Source of the DNA: Antechinus flavipes
Lineage: Eukaryota
NCBI RefSeq assembly: GCF_016432865.1
Contig: NC_067400.1
Location: 612,002,001 to 612,066,000, forward strand
Direction: 5' to 3'
Length of the DNA: 64,000 nt
The notes below the pieces were generated by a model. It was not told the DNA's origin. It was given only the letters and a program-made list of their open reading frames with translations, and searched no databases. Made by a program: the position numbers and the translations under genes. Shown piece by piece: positions 8,242-25,936 of the stretch; within the stretch, counting starts at the first letter, position 1; each line of letters opens with the position of its first letter.

Positions 8242-11200
8242 TCAGCAGTAGCTGTGAGTCTGGCCCTTGGCATGGAGGGTCCAGCTTGGGGGCGGGAGGT
8301 AGGAGGGTGGGGGGCCAGCCCCCTCTCCGTGTCCATCGCCGACATTTCCATATGGGACCCCGCGAGGAGCCTGGGTGGGGGTCCTGTAGAGGAGGAGGGG
8401 ATCCGGAGGGCCCCAAGGTCGAGGAGGCCGGGGCCCCCAAGGTGAGCGCTGCTTGTGAGGGAGGCGAGGGGCTGGGGGGCCGGGGTCCGAGCGACTTCGG
8501 GGGTGGGCGGGAGGGGAGGAAGAACAAGAGGAGGAGGTAGGGGAGGGCCCTCCCCCACCTAGGGGCAAGTTGACGTAGACGGGTTCCAGGTGGGCCGGAC
8601 GTCGCCGGGATTCTTGGGGGTGGTAGCAGAGGCGGCCGTGTTGGGAAAAAGGCTGCAAGGCCGGGGGGTAGGGGTGAGGAGGGGGGGGAGGGTAGCAGAA
8701 GAGGAAATCGGGAGGACCCTGGGGCGGGGAAGCAGTGAGTCCCTCGGGGGCCTGGTGGAAGGGGGCCCAAGGCCGAGGCAGGCCCGGATAGGGAGGGCCC
8801 TCGGCCCCACTGATCTCATAGTACAGGCTTTCCCCCTTGTCGGGGGGCAGCGTGGGACCGCGGGGAGTCCTCCGGCTGGGGGGCTGGGGGCTGGGCCTGT
8901 AGGGAGGAGCAGCGAGGGAGTGCAGAGGGGGCTTGGGGGGACCAGGGAAGGGCGAGGGGCGCTCCTTGGGGTTGGGAGAGGTCACAGCAGCAGAGAAGGA
9001 GGCGGGCACCTGCGGAGGAGGAGGAGGAGGCGTTGAGGGCCGGCCGACACCTCCCGGGGGTGCGAATGCGAGCACAGCTTTTGGGGGGCTGGCCGGGGCC
9101 TTTCGTGCTCACTCACCTGGGCAGGACCTCGTCGTTCCCTCCGTGGGGGGCCAGAGACATGGGGGCGCAAAAGGCCGCCGTCGCTCTGCTGCCGCTGCAG
9201 GGAGGCCGGGGGCCCCAGGGCTTGGGGACTGGAGCTCCCCATGGAGTAGAGGGGCCCAGAGCCCCCCGTCCCTGGGCCTTCCCCACCGGCTTCCAGGGAC
9301 AGGGAACGTCGGAAAGGGGAGCGAGGGATGGGGGGGACTGTGCCCCCCAGCTCCTGCTGGCGCTGACGCTGGGCCGCCCTCTGAGCCCGCTCAGCCAAAG
9401 CGAGGGCCATCAAGCGGGCCGGATTCTTGGGGGGTGGAGGAGGGGCCCCTCCGGGCCGGAGGAGAGACAGGGGCACAGGTGGCCCGGGGCCTGCACGGGG
9501 GAGACCACACGGGCCTGGTCAGGAGTGTGGCAGCAGACACAGGTGGGGGCGGGGCGCGGGGGGAGGTGGGAGCCCGGGGGGTGGGGGGTGGAAAGGAGGG
9601 ACCCCGGGGGGTGGGGAGGGAAGATTACTCACTCAGTGACCCCTGCAGGTCTCTCTGGCAGGTCAGGGACAGCTTGCTCCGGATCTCCCTCTGGCAGCTG
9701 TCGCTCAGCTCACTCTCGGCACTGCGCAGCAGGAGGGGGATGAGCTGGGGAGCCGGGGTGGCAGGCGGAGGGGAAGGCGTGGCAGGGGCACCGCCCCCCA
9801 GCAGCTCGAGCACCGCGGGGGGCACAGAAACGGCCACCGGCTCCGAGATGTCCAGGGCGGTGGGCGGGGCGGGGCTGGCTGGGCCCCGGGGAGAGCGAGG
9901 GGGGGGGGTGGCTTTATGGAAGAACGAGCCCGCGGGGGCTGGGGGGGCAGGACTGGCGGGAGGGGCGGGGTCCCCAGGGGTGGGGCTGCTGCAGCGGAAG
10001 GTGAGGGGATCGAAGTCGAGGCCCCTCAGCCCCTCCAGGCACCGTGGGGGGCTAAAGTCCAGGTCATCCCCATCGTCCAGCCAGGCCGAAACCCGGTGGG
10101 GGGGGGAGCCCACCAGCTCCCCGCTGCCCACGGACGAGGTGCTGGTGGAGGAGGACGATGACGAGCTGGAAGAGAGGCTGTCGCAGGAGCCGGCCGGGCC
10201 CGGAGCCACGGGGAAGGCGTCGCTGCTGGAGCGGGGCCGGCGCAGCCGGTGGAGCCTCTGCAGGCCTGCGGGGGGAGGCGGGGGGCTGCTGGCCCCTGGC
10301 GGACCACAGACCTCCCTCCTCCCCTCCAACTCTCCCAAGTCTGCCCACGTGGAGACTCCCCACGGGGCTCCTTGTCCGACGAGGGCCCCAGACAGAAGCC
10401 GGCTCCAGGAGCGGAGGGCCCATCTCTGGGTGCCCACTGCCCCCGATCCTCCCGGAGCGCACCCCGTCTCCCTGTACCCCCGCACTGGCACACTTAAAAT
10501 CAGTGCTCTGGAGTCAGCCCGGGGGTCCGGGTTCGAAGCCCTCGTCGCCACTCTCGCCATCCCACCGGACACCTGTTCCAGGCTCTCTGTGGCCCTTCCG
10601 TCTGGCTCCCAGCTCCCCCTCCCGCTCTCCCTGGCACCCCTCCCTACTCCGCTGGGCCCAGAGCAGGCGGCTGCCCCACCCCCCTCCCCGGAGCCCGGGC
10701 CCGGGGGATCCTCACCGGCTCCGCTGGTCTGGGACGACAGCGACTCCTCGCTCTTGGCCGCCCGCAGCGGGGCTGCTTCCACTGGACCACCTAGGAGTCA
10801 GCAAGAGCCAGGAGGAGAGTGTTGGGAAGCCCACCCCATCCCCACCCCGTCTCGGGCTCAGGCTTCTCGCTCACCTGGGGGCGGCTGGGACCCCTGGCCA
10901 GCTGCACGCCAGGGCAAGGGCTTCTTCCGGACCGAGGAGGGGCCTCTTCCCAGGGCAAAGAAGGTCTTCCAGCTGCTGCCCCCCGGTTTCCTGCGCTTCT
11001 CCCCAAAGATGCCCTTCCTCCTACACGGCACAGGGGGGTGAGATGGGCCGGCCTCGGGTCAGGGCCCCTGCCCTCCTCCCCCCGTCCCGGGGTCACTCAC
11101 TGGTCTTCAGGTGAAGGAGGAGCCTTGGCCCCCTGTGCGGACAGCCGACCCTGGGACCGAGCCTGAGCCTCCTCCAGGGAGAGGAGGCGGGTGGAGGGTC

Positions 11201-14200
11201 CGCCGCCCACAAGGGACTTGGGCCTGGAGAGGAGACAGCGACCTGGGGGGAGGACGGTGGGAAAGTCCATCAGTTGAGCCAGCCATCCCAGGGGCCCTGC
11301 AGGCAAAGCCAAGCGCAGCCCCCCTCCCCCCTTCCCCCCGGGAGTCCTGGCAGGCCAAGCCCCCGGCCAGGGATCAGCAAGGCAGGGACCCTGGGGTGGG
11401 GGGAGTGGGAGCGGGGGGCCGGGGACATCGGGGGAGGGGGAGGGCATCAGCGACAGGCGAGGAGGAGGCAGAGGCGGCAGCAGCTGCAGGAGGAAAGCCG
11501 CTTCAGTTACCTCGGGAGGGCCCGGCCGATGATCCATGTCCCGCAGGGGTCCGGGGTTTGTGGGGCGGGGGTGGGAAGGAGAGAAGGGGACGTGGCGGGG
11601 GTTTCTTGGGAAAAGGTCATCTCTAAAATGGGGGGAGAGGGTCTTCAAAGCCAAGGGAGCTGGGAATCCCAGTCGTATACCATCGATCCTATCGGCAGCC
11701 CCCCTCCCCCCCAGTTTCCCCTGGTCCCAAGGGGGCCCCGAGGGAGCTAAGGGAGGGTGGTGGAGATGCAGCGTCCGGGACCAGTGGGGGATCCTGAGTC
11801 GAGGAGCTGAAATGAGAAGGAGGCTGGGGAAGGGGGAAGGGGGCCGGGTTCTTGGGGTCCCGGGCCGAGCTGGAGGCTGGCAGAGATCGTGGGGCCCGCC
11901 CCGCCCCCAGCCCGCGGCCTCCATCTCCCCGAGCGCCCGGGAAGCCGGCGTACCTGCAGGATCCAGGCCCGCCGAGGCGAACGTGTCGCTGAATAAAACG
12001 TCCACGTGGCTGAGCAGGAACTCCACGACCACGGACTGGACCCGGACCTCGCGGAAGGCCGCGGCGCCGCCCAGGCCCACCGACTCCAGCTCCATCGACC
12101 TGTGGGCACCAGGAGGCGGGGCTCAGGGCGGCCGCAGATGCAGCTCAGGCAGGGGGGGGGACTCGCGGCGGGGGGACCCGCCTCCCGGGGCTGGGGCGCA
12201 CTCACCGGAGCAGGTTGGGGGCCCACACGATGGCCAGGTTGCGGGCGTGCATGCTGGTGTTGGCGCTGTGCTGAGCCATGCGGGAGAGGTGGCGCAGCAG
12301 GTACTCCAGGGTCCTGGGGGGGGAGCAGGCGCACTCACTGACCCCCGCCGCGCCGAGCCCTCCCCACTCCCCACCCGGCCCCGCCCCAGCCGGCTCTGGC
12401 CCCGCCCCAGCCCGTCCGGCCCCGCCCCGGCCCCGCCCCAGCCCGTCCGGCCCCGCCCCAGCCGGCTCTGGCCCCGCCCCTGCCCGCCCTCGCATACCGG
12501 TAATGAGGCGGGGGCAGCTGCTGGATGACATCGTGAACCCGGACCAGCCGCTCCTCCTCCCCGGGCACGGACATGGCCTCCTGGGGGAACAGGGCCCGAG
12601 TGAGCGCGGACCGGGCCGGGGCCTCGGGCCGCAGGATCCCCATGCGACCCCTTCCCACTTACGCTGAATTTCCCGTAGAGCTGGTAGGTGAGCAGGGGGT
12701 TGGGCAGCTCTCGGAAGTAGAGCTTGCAGAGGGAAGAGACGCTGTGGATGTCCTGGAGGAAGGCCGGTCCGCGCAGCTCGGGGATCCGCTCGCTGTCAAA
12801 CTCGTGCCTGAGGGCCGCGGGGGGAGAAGCTGGGACCTCCCCAGGCCCGGCCCCCCCCCTTCAGCCTCTCCCCGCCCAGCCTTCGGCCTCCTGACCTCAG
12901 TTTCTGGATGTTGGAAGAAACGCCCGAGAGGCGGTAGATCCCGTCCACAACCCCGTGGGCCTCGATGAACTCTGAGCAGCAGCGCAGGACTTGGGGAACT
13001 ACAAGGGGGAGGGCAGAAGGGAGCACCATCAGGTGCGGGGGATGGGGAATAGACAAGGGGTTGGGGAGGACAGAGCCAGGTAGAGAGGGATGCCCCATGG
13101 GGGGTGGGGGAACCTCCAGGAGGGCCGTGTGTTCATTTCTAAGATAGTGACAGCTTTAGCTGAGATCTGCATTCAAATCCTGCCTCTGGCCTTGGCTAGT
13201 GACCATGAGGCATATCACCGAGCCTCAGTTTTCCCATCTGTAAAGTGGGGGTCATGCTTCACGAGATTACCAAAAACAGCCAACGCGACACTGTCAAGTG
13301 CTTTGGGTGACAGAACTAACAGGGTGGGACCCCCGGAGTCGGGAGGGCCGGGAACTCACCGTCTTGGCCGGAGTTGCTGAGATGCTCTCCAAGGTCGCAG
13401 CCGAAGACGCGCTGCCGAAGGATGCCCCGCTGCCTTAGCCGCTGCCGGGACGGGCGGGAGCGAATGAAAGAACGCAGGAGGCCCGCGAGCTTTCCTCGGG
13501 GCCGGGGCACTGCTCAGCGGGGGTGGCGGCGGGAGAGAAAGAGGGGATTCAATGTCAGGGAGAGCCACGGCCATCGAGGGCGGGGGGTCTGGGGTGGGGC
13601 CCAGGGGATGGCAGCCCCACTTGTTACCTGCTGTTAGAGAGGGAGGGCCCTCCCTTAGGGGAGCCGGGATGCCGGATGTGGGGCCGTCGGGATCTGTGGG
13701 GGAAACCAGCAGCGATGGCTCCAGGTCCCACCCCTCCCCCACCCTCTCCCTGGCACTGCCCGCTCCTGGTTACCAGCTTTGACCCCCAGGCCCGGTCGTT
13801 CAGTGAACAGTTCCACACACTCACTGGGGAAGAAACCGACCTGAGGGAAAGGGCCAAAAGCCAAAGGTCAGATGGTCCTACCATCCCTCAGGGTCCATAC
13901 CCTCCCCTACCCCTTTTCTACCTGGAATCCATGTTTCCCACGCCACCAGCTTCGGTCCTCAGTGGGCGGCATGTCAATCACAGAGACGATGTCACCAACC
14001 TGAGAATGGGGAGCAGTGGGAGTCAGGGGGGGGGCAATGTTCTGAGCAAGCCCTGCAGCCCCTTCCCCTAAAACATCACCTCAAAGGACAGTTCATCCGG
14101 GGCCTGGGCCGTGTACCGTTTGACCACGTGCGCCGCAGCCACCGCGGGGACGTTCAGGGAGGCCTCCTCGCTGAGCAGCAGCCGCCGGCCATGGTTATCC

Positions 14201-17019
14201 AGCTGGGAAGGAGCAGGAGGTGGAGGCGGGGACCCTCACACGGCCTCGCTCCCCTCCTCCCGCTCCATGTGGCCCTTCTGCCCCCCCCCTCCCCCCGATT
14301 TCCCAAGCTGCGTCTGACCCACACCCTGGCTCCTTCTCCCCTTTCCTGCCTCCGGCCCTTCCCACAGCCCACTCTACTTCCTTCCCCGCTCCTACTCTCT
14401 CCCTCCCTCCCTTTCTCTCTCCCCTCTTCTCTTCTTCCCTTTCCCCTCTCATCTATCCCTCCTTTCCCTCTTCTTCTTCTAAACGCCCCCACCTCCCACC
14501 CCTACCTCCATCCAGGTGAGCACAGGGCCACAGTTGAGGTTGCTGTCCACCAGCCCAGAGAGGGTCTCGAGATACTCGAGGAGCAGGGGCACCAGGAGCT
14601 GCGTGGGGACGAAAGAGGCCTGGGGATGAGGTGGAGCCAAGGAGTCCCCCCTTCCCACCATTGCTCCCTGGGGCAGGGGGCGGGGGCTCTACCTGGCTCC
14701 GGGAGCCCTCTGGAGCCGGGGGCAGCTCTGGGAGGCGAGAGAAGCGCCGGTCAAAGATGCAGCGGTGCAGGTGGCTATCCAGGGAGCGGAAATCTTCATA
14801 GCTTCGCAGAACAGGCCAGGACCGGCCCTGGGGGAAACGGGGGCAAGCAGGGACCAGTGACACTGTGGACCTTCGGCTGGAGAAGGTTCAAGGGCCAGAA
14901 GCTGGGATGAATTGGGGGCAAAGCTAGTTACTGATCGGTCGGGGTAGGGTCTCACCTGACAGGTCACCTGGACCCCAAACACCAGCTCATTATCACTAGG
15001 GAGATTGGAGCCTTCGCGATCTGGAGACAACAGCAGCTGAAAGGGGAAATCAAGGCCCCAGGGCCCAGGACTCGTGGGCCTTCCAACCCCGCCCTCACCC
15101 CAATGCCTGAAGCCGGACAGACACCTCACAAAAAGGGACAGAGCAGGCAGGGGGGAAAGGGGCTGCTGGTGGGGGAGAGTAGAGGGATGGGGGTCAGCTT
15201 GGGGACACCTCATGCTGCCATGGCCAGAGAGGGGGGACCTTAAGTACCTGAATGTGGCCAAAATCGACGTTCTCATAGTGGAAATGGGCACAGTCAGCCA
15301 GCCGGGGAAAAGGGCCCCGAGGGGCAGAGACCCTAGGGGTGCAAGTGACAAGTCACCCGGAGCGTCGGGGCTCAGGCCCTGAAGCTGCATTTAGAGCCGT
15401 GATCTCCTCCAGAATCGGGGAGACCTTGCAGAGCTCAGGAGGTGCCCTCACTCCGACAATCCCAAGCAGCGCCCACCACTTCCTACCTCTTGCCAGGTTT
15501 CCCTTTCACGTTGGAGCCCCCCGAAGGGGGTAGGGGCTGCACCGGCCCCTCCCCCGGACCATCCAGGTTATCTGTGCTTCTGGCCTGTGGGAAGAGAATG
15601 AGGCCTGAGGAAGTCTCCCCCGGAGATCTCCGGGCCCCAGGGCTATCACCAAGTGGCCGCAGTACAAAGGGAAGTCCTCAGGCCTCTCGGGGGGCAGCGA
15701 GGGGACCCTCCGAGCAGGAGCCGGCCCTCTGCGACGAGATGCCGGGAACTGCTCAGCAGGGGCCCGGGAAGGAGGTGCTATTATCCTATTTACAGATGAG
15801 GAAACTGAGGCAGAAGCAGGTGTCAGAGGCAGGAGTGAGATTCGCACCCCAGGCCCTGCGCCATCCACTGCACCACTGGCTGCTCCATGAGATGGAACAG
15901 GAAGGGTTAAGAGGGGGAACACAGGAAAGGAGATGCTGCCCTACAAGCCCAAACAGGAGAATGTGTGGACAGAGCAGGGAAAATGAGGGGTCATAAGGAA
16001 AGGGGGGCAGAAAAGCCCAATCAGGAAGAGACAAGAGGGAGGGCTGGGCCCCGCCACAGCTGGAAGGCAAGGCTATGAGGGCACTGGAGACCCCCAGGGC
16101 AGAAGGGCTGCTCAGGGCCTGGGGCTGGGAGTGGGTGGGAATGTGCCGGCAGGCGGCCAAGCAGAACCAAGGCTGGGCTACGGGCAGGGTGGAGACCCTG
16201 GGGGGATGGAGATCTCAGAAAGGGGGGAGGGAGACCCCGGGAGGGAGAGATGGAAACTCCAGAAAGGGAGGATGGAGACCCAGGGAGGAGGCAACAGAGA
16301 ACTCTAGGAGTGGGGGACGGAGACTATTAAGAGAGAACAGAAACCTTGGGAAGAAAAAATGGAGAGCCCAGGAGGAAAGGATGGAGACCTTGGTAGTGGA
16401 GGATGGAGGCTCCAGAAAGGGAGGATGAAGGATGGAGACCCTGGGAAGGGAGGATGGAGGCTCCAGAAAGGGAGGATGAAGGATGGAGACCCTGGTAGTG
16501 GAGGATGGAGACTATTAGAGGACAGAGACCCTGGGCAGGAAAGATGGGAGAACTTAGGAGGGATGGATGGAATCATTGGGGGAGGGGGGATGAAGACAAT
16601 TGGAGGAGAGGAAGGATGCAGACCCTGTTAGGGAAGGCTGGAGACTTGGAGAGGATGGAGGTGGCCGGTGGGAAAGATGGGGACTCCAGGAGGGGAGGAC
16701 AGACTATTAGAGGAGAGGAGGGAGCCTCCAGGAGGGGAAGATGGAGACCGTGGATAGGAAAGATGGAGATCCTGGAAGAGGAGGATGGAGACCGTGGTAA
16801 GGGAAGACGCCTCCACAGACTCTGGGAGGGGAGGGCGGAAACCCAGGGAGAGGAGAGCAGATACGCACTAAGGGGGGAGGAGGCCATGGGAGGAAAGGAC
16901 GAAGACACGCTGAGGGAGGAGGACGCCCTGGGAGGAGGACGGAGGCCGCCGAGTCTCCGTGCCCCGCCCCGCCCCCACACCCGGCAGCTGGACACCGCCC
17001 CCGTCCCGCTCACCACCAT
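8242..17019 (-). CDS. ARHGAP33: Rho GTPase-activating protein 33 (PX-SH3-RhoGAP), about 1234 aa
   Basis: 22 coding exons (minus): 17019-17014, 15584-15487, 15332-15248, 15036-14956, 14827-14693, 14598-14506, 14202-14080, 13999-13922, 13840-13774, 13693-13628, 13509-13360, 12998-12896, 12807-12663, 12580-12498, 12313-12206, 12099-11954, 11242-11101, 11020-10875, 10790-10716, 10265-9633, 9490-9117, 9009-8242 (3705 nt). Diagnostic peptides: MVARSTDNLDG, HFHYENVDFGHIQ, WWRGKHGFQVGFFPSECV, VDGIYRLSGVSSNIQKLR, PPPPKNPARLMALALAER, GQTHSYC*. AATAAA (minus) at 7800-7805. Confidence 0.97.
13150..13265 (+). mobile_element. CORE-SINE (MIR/Mar1-like) fragment
   Basis: ttcaaatcctgcctctg...gcctcagttttcccatctgtaaa matches the MIR core. 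Confidence 0.65.
15775..15850 (-). mobile_element. CORE-SINE (MIR-like) fragment
   Basis: tttacagatgaggaaactgaggca is the reverse MIR core. Confidence 0.6.
16150..16940. repeat. Degenerate purine-rich tandem repeat (GGAGGATGGAGACCCTGG family), ARHGAP33 intron 1
   Basis: Recurring ggaggatggagaccc / ggctccagaaaggg / gactattagag motifs, including an exact about 48-bp duplication near 16400-16500. Confidence 0.7.
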
Positions 17020-17110
17020 GGCCAGTCGTGTCGCCACCACCGCTGCCGTCCCCCTGTCACTCCGGGCGGGCAAAGGGCCCGGAGGCAACAGGCCGCGCTC
17101 CTACTCCTCC

Positions 17111-17161
17111 TCAGGCCGGGGCCTCCTCCTCCGCTGCCTCCGCAGCCTCCGCCGCCGCCAT
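17111..17161 (-). other. Upstream ORF (MAAAEAAEAAEEEAPA*) in ARHGAP33 5' leader
   Basis: Minus strand gtcgccATGG (strong Kozak) at 17161, TGA at 17113-17111, ending 91 nt before the main ATG at 17019. Confidence 0.6.
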
Positions 17162-17199
17162 GGCGACACAATGGGGAGAGGGGTGCGCGGGCCGAGGCC

Positions 17200-17430
17200 A
17201 CGCCCCTAACGGCCCCAACGGCCGGGCGCGCGCGCGGAGGGCGGGGACTACGAAGGCGCCAACCAGCTAGAGGAGAGCTCAATTCTAGGCTCCGCCCCGC
17301 AGAACTTTCATTGGCCGGCGTTTCAACTGGCCCCGCCCTGAAGAGCCCGCCCCTCGGGAGCTGTCCGCCTGGGCTGTCAAACAAAGCAGCGCTTATGGAG
17401 GGGGCGGGTGGCCGAACCCCGAGGGGAGGG
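17200..17430 (-). promoter_or_regulatory. ARHGAP33 CpG-island promoter
   Basis: CpG-rich, with GC boxes (GGGGCGGG near 17401, CCCCGCCC near 17331) and a CCAAT (attgg near 17310), immediately upstream of exon 1. Confidence 0.6.
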
Positions 17431-17509
17431 GAGTGCGGCCCTGGGAGCCTCCGGAGAGGCAGCATGGCGCCCAGTGTGGGGAGCGCCCGCCCCCGGAGTC
17501 CGAGCCCCT

Positions 17510-17585
17510 TGCTCTGAACTTGACTACGTCATTGACAGTGCCTGAACCCGCTGGGCCTCAGTGTCCCCATTTGTAAAATGAGCGG
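17510..17585 (+). mobile_element. CORE-SINE (MIR-like) fragment
   Basis: gggcctcagtgtccccatttgtaaaatgag matches the MIR core. Confidence 0.55.
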
Positions 17586-17898
17586 GGCGTCTTCCGAGGC
17601 CCCTTCCTGCTCTATCACAAGGGTCGCTGACCGGCGGACCCACACCACTCACCAACCTGTGGCCTCCCTTCCCCTTCAACTTCGTGGCCCCGGGGCCTCA
17701 GCCCCCTTCCTGTGCATTGTTTGCAAGCTGTAATAACTCCCTCCCCACTTTTGCCCCTCCTCCCCAAATTCACTGCCAAGATCTAGAGGGAAGGTGCCAC
17801 AGGAGGGTCCCAGAGGCGCCTCCTGGGCCCAGGCTCTGCCCACCCCCTGCCCTTCTCCCTCACTGAAGAAAGCAAGTCAGACACAATTCATAGAGCAT

Positions 17899-23317
<5,419 letters not shown>

Positions 23318-24877
23318 TCTGCCGCCGCTGCTATCACCTCCACTTTCCTCTCTCTTCTCCCGCCTCGTAGCTGAAGCGATACGTTGCTAAGCAACAACCT
23401 CAGACCCGCCCCCTCTCGCCGGAAGCACCGAGGCGGGAAAAAGAGCGGCCCGGTCACCACTCAACCTCCGCGAGATGCCGCGCCCAGATGCGCATGCGCA
23501 GACAGTGCGTTCGTCCATGCGTGGGTTTTATTTCTGCGGGGCGGGGCTTTGGAGAAAGGCTGGCGCCATGTTATTGGCTACTCCTCTTTCTAGGCCCGTA
23601 AATAGGTAATGATTGACAAGGACTGGGCTGCGGCCCTCCGCGGTGTCCTAGATGTCCTCTGGAGGATTCTGCTCTTTTTGGGGGGCACGGCCCTTACCTC
23701 CAGCGGTCGTCCCTCCCCCCATGCGTGCTCCTTGCCCAGATGCCGCCGTTTCCGAACTTCCCGCTGCACCCCTCCTCGGTCCCCCACCATCACCCCGTGG
23801 AAGTCCGTAGCCCCCACTTCGGCGGTGGGGAAGCCGAGGCCCGGGAAGCTTGGGTTGGGGGCGGCGACCGACATTCCTGGCTGCTGGGCCAGCGTGCCCA
23901 CAGGTGGCGGGGATCAGCAGCCTGTGCTATTTCTGGTCCGCTCCACATGCCTCTGGCTCCCGGCCAAGGGGTACAGCGCGTCCCGGCCATCTTCCCTCGG
24001 GGCCATGACTCACCGCACCTGGGGAGGGGGCGGTCACGGGACCCCTGGGGTCCCGAGATCCAGCCCAGCCTGGCTCGGGCCTTCTGGGGGGAGCAGCTTG
24101 GAGGACCCCTAAGAGGATCAAAGCTCTGAGCCACTGAGGGGCGAGCCTGGGCACTGCCCATCCATCGGAGCTGTGCCATCTCCACCCCCACTCCTTGGAT
24201 GGGCCTGGGCACGGTCCTGAGGTGGGGGAGGGCTGGACCTCTTCAAAGCCCAATTGTCTCTGGAAGATTCTCTGGGGCCCGGGGCCCCATCCCTGCTCCT
24301 CCCCTCCAAAGTCCTGGGAGGCTAGGAAGTGGCAGAGGGGCCGGACACCGGGGCCCTTGGATAAGGAGGAAGCCCCCCCACTCCACATGCCAGTCTCACC
24401 CCAGCCCCCACCCAGGCAGGCCCCAGATGGAAACAGGACTTGCCAGGCCTGATGCGTCACTGCCCAAATCCTAGGCAGCTTAAAGGGGCAGCAGCCTGAT
24501 GCCAGGGGCCTCTCGGGGCCCCTTCAGGGAGGTGCGCCCTTACCCTGGGACCTGCTCACTCCATTGGGGCCAGAGCTGGTCAGTCCAGTGCAGACTCTGC
24601 CCATCCTGGTTTTGTTCGGTCCTCCCACAGCTCCCACCCGAGGCACACCCCAGATCCCTCTGTCTGTACCAAATAGGCTTCCTGGTCTTTGGGGGAGGGG
24701 GGCCCTGGGGGTCTCAGCCAGCCTTCTGGAGAGGCAGAATGTGCTGGCTTCCGTGTCTCCCCCCCTACTGTGGGCATCCTATCAGGGGCTCTCCCTCCTC
24801 TCCAGGCTGGCAGGGAACTCTCCAGAATCCTGCTCCCGGGGGAGGGAAGGGGAGGGACTGGGAAGGCGGGGGCCTGG

Positions 24878-24883
24878 TATAAA
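24878..24883 (+). promoter_or_regulatory. TATA box of HSPB6
   Basis: TATAAA 50 nt upstream of the ATG, preceded by a GC box. Confidence 0.7.
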
Positions 24884-24932
24884 GGGGCCAGGCCGGGTGC
24901 CTGCTGGGGACTTGCTGCTGCCCAGCCTGACC

Positions 24933-25936
24933 ATGGAGATCCCTGTGCCCATCCAGCCGTCCTGGCTGCGCCGCCCAGCTCCCCTGGCATTCCCCAGCCT
25001 GACCACCCCCAGCAGGCTCTTCGATCAGCGCTTTGGGGAGGGTCTGCTGGAGGCTGAACTGGCTGCCCTGTGCCCACAGGCTCTAGCACCCTACTACCTT
25101 CGGGCACCTAGCGTGGCCCTTAGGGCTGATCCTGGTCCTGGAGAGGTATGAATCTTCCCAATGCCACCTCGGGCCAAGGAGGGCATGGCTCCCCCTTCCC
25201 AGCCCCTACTGTCCTGACTCCTAGGGGTCTTTTTGTTGAATGCCTGCTCAGCTGGGGGAGGGGAACTTTTTTCAAGGCCAGGGAAAACTCCCCCCATTAC
25301 CGAAGGGCCCCCAGTCAGCTGGAGAGAATCTCTGCTCAACTTCCCTTTCTTCTTGAGCGCTCCCCAAGACCGACCCCTCCCCAGGAGACCCCTTTGGCAT
25401 TAACCCTTCTCCCTGTGCCCAGAGACCAGTGTGGCCCTCCCTTGGGTACCCCCTCCGAGCTCCCTCTCCCCTAACCTACAGGGGACCCTGGCCAAGGGGG
25501 AGTTCTCCGTGTTACTGGACGTGAAGCACTTCTCCCCGGAGGAGATCAACGTTAAGGTGGTGGGGGGGTATGTGGAAGTCCATGCCCACCATGAGGAACG
25601 CCCGGTATGTTGGGAAGGGGGGCAGAGGCCCAGCAGGGCCAGGTTGGGGGGAGCAGAGGAGAAGGCGGGGGGGAGGGAAGTGAGGAAGGGTGCAGGGGCA
25701 TGAGTCACCCCGGCCTGAAGAGGGGCGCTATCATATTGCAGGATGAGCACGGCTTCATCTCCCGGGAGTTTCACCGCCGCTATCGGCTACCAGAGGGGGT
25801 GGACCCTGCCACGGTGACCTCAGCCCTGTCCCCTGAGGGGGTCCTGTCTATCCAGTCCTCAGCCGGCACCTCAGGGACCCAGGCAGCTGAGCGCACTGTG
25901 CCCATTGCCCAGGGAGCAGCGTCTGAGGCAAAGTAG
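24933..25936 (+). CDS. HSPB6: Heat shock protein beta-6 (Hsp20), 176 aa
   Basis: Exons 24933-25145, 25482-25604, 25742-25936. [14 protein letters not shown]; [17 protein letters not shown]; [15 protein letters not shown]; [22 protein letters not shown] (alpha-crystallin domain). AATAAA at 26101-26106. Confidence 0.97.

Noticed and set aside
8933-11041. 702-aa plus-strand ORF
   Set aside because: Antisense shadow of GC-rich ARHGAP33 exons; low-complexity G/A/P/S translation with no recognisable domain.
24669-24677. CArG box upstream of HSPB6
   Set aside because: CCAAATAGG has only five A/T between CC and GG, so it does not fit CC(A/T)6GG.
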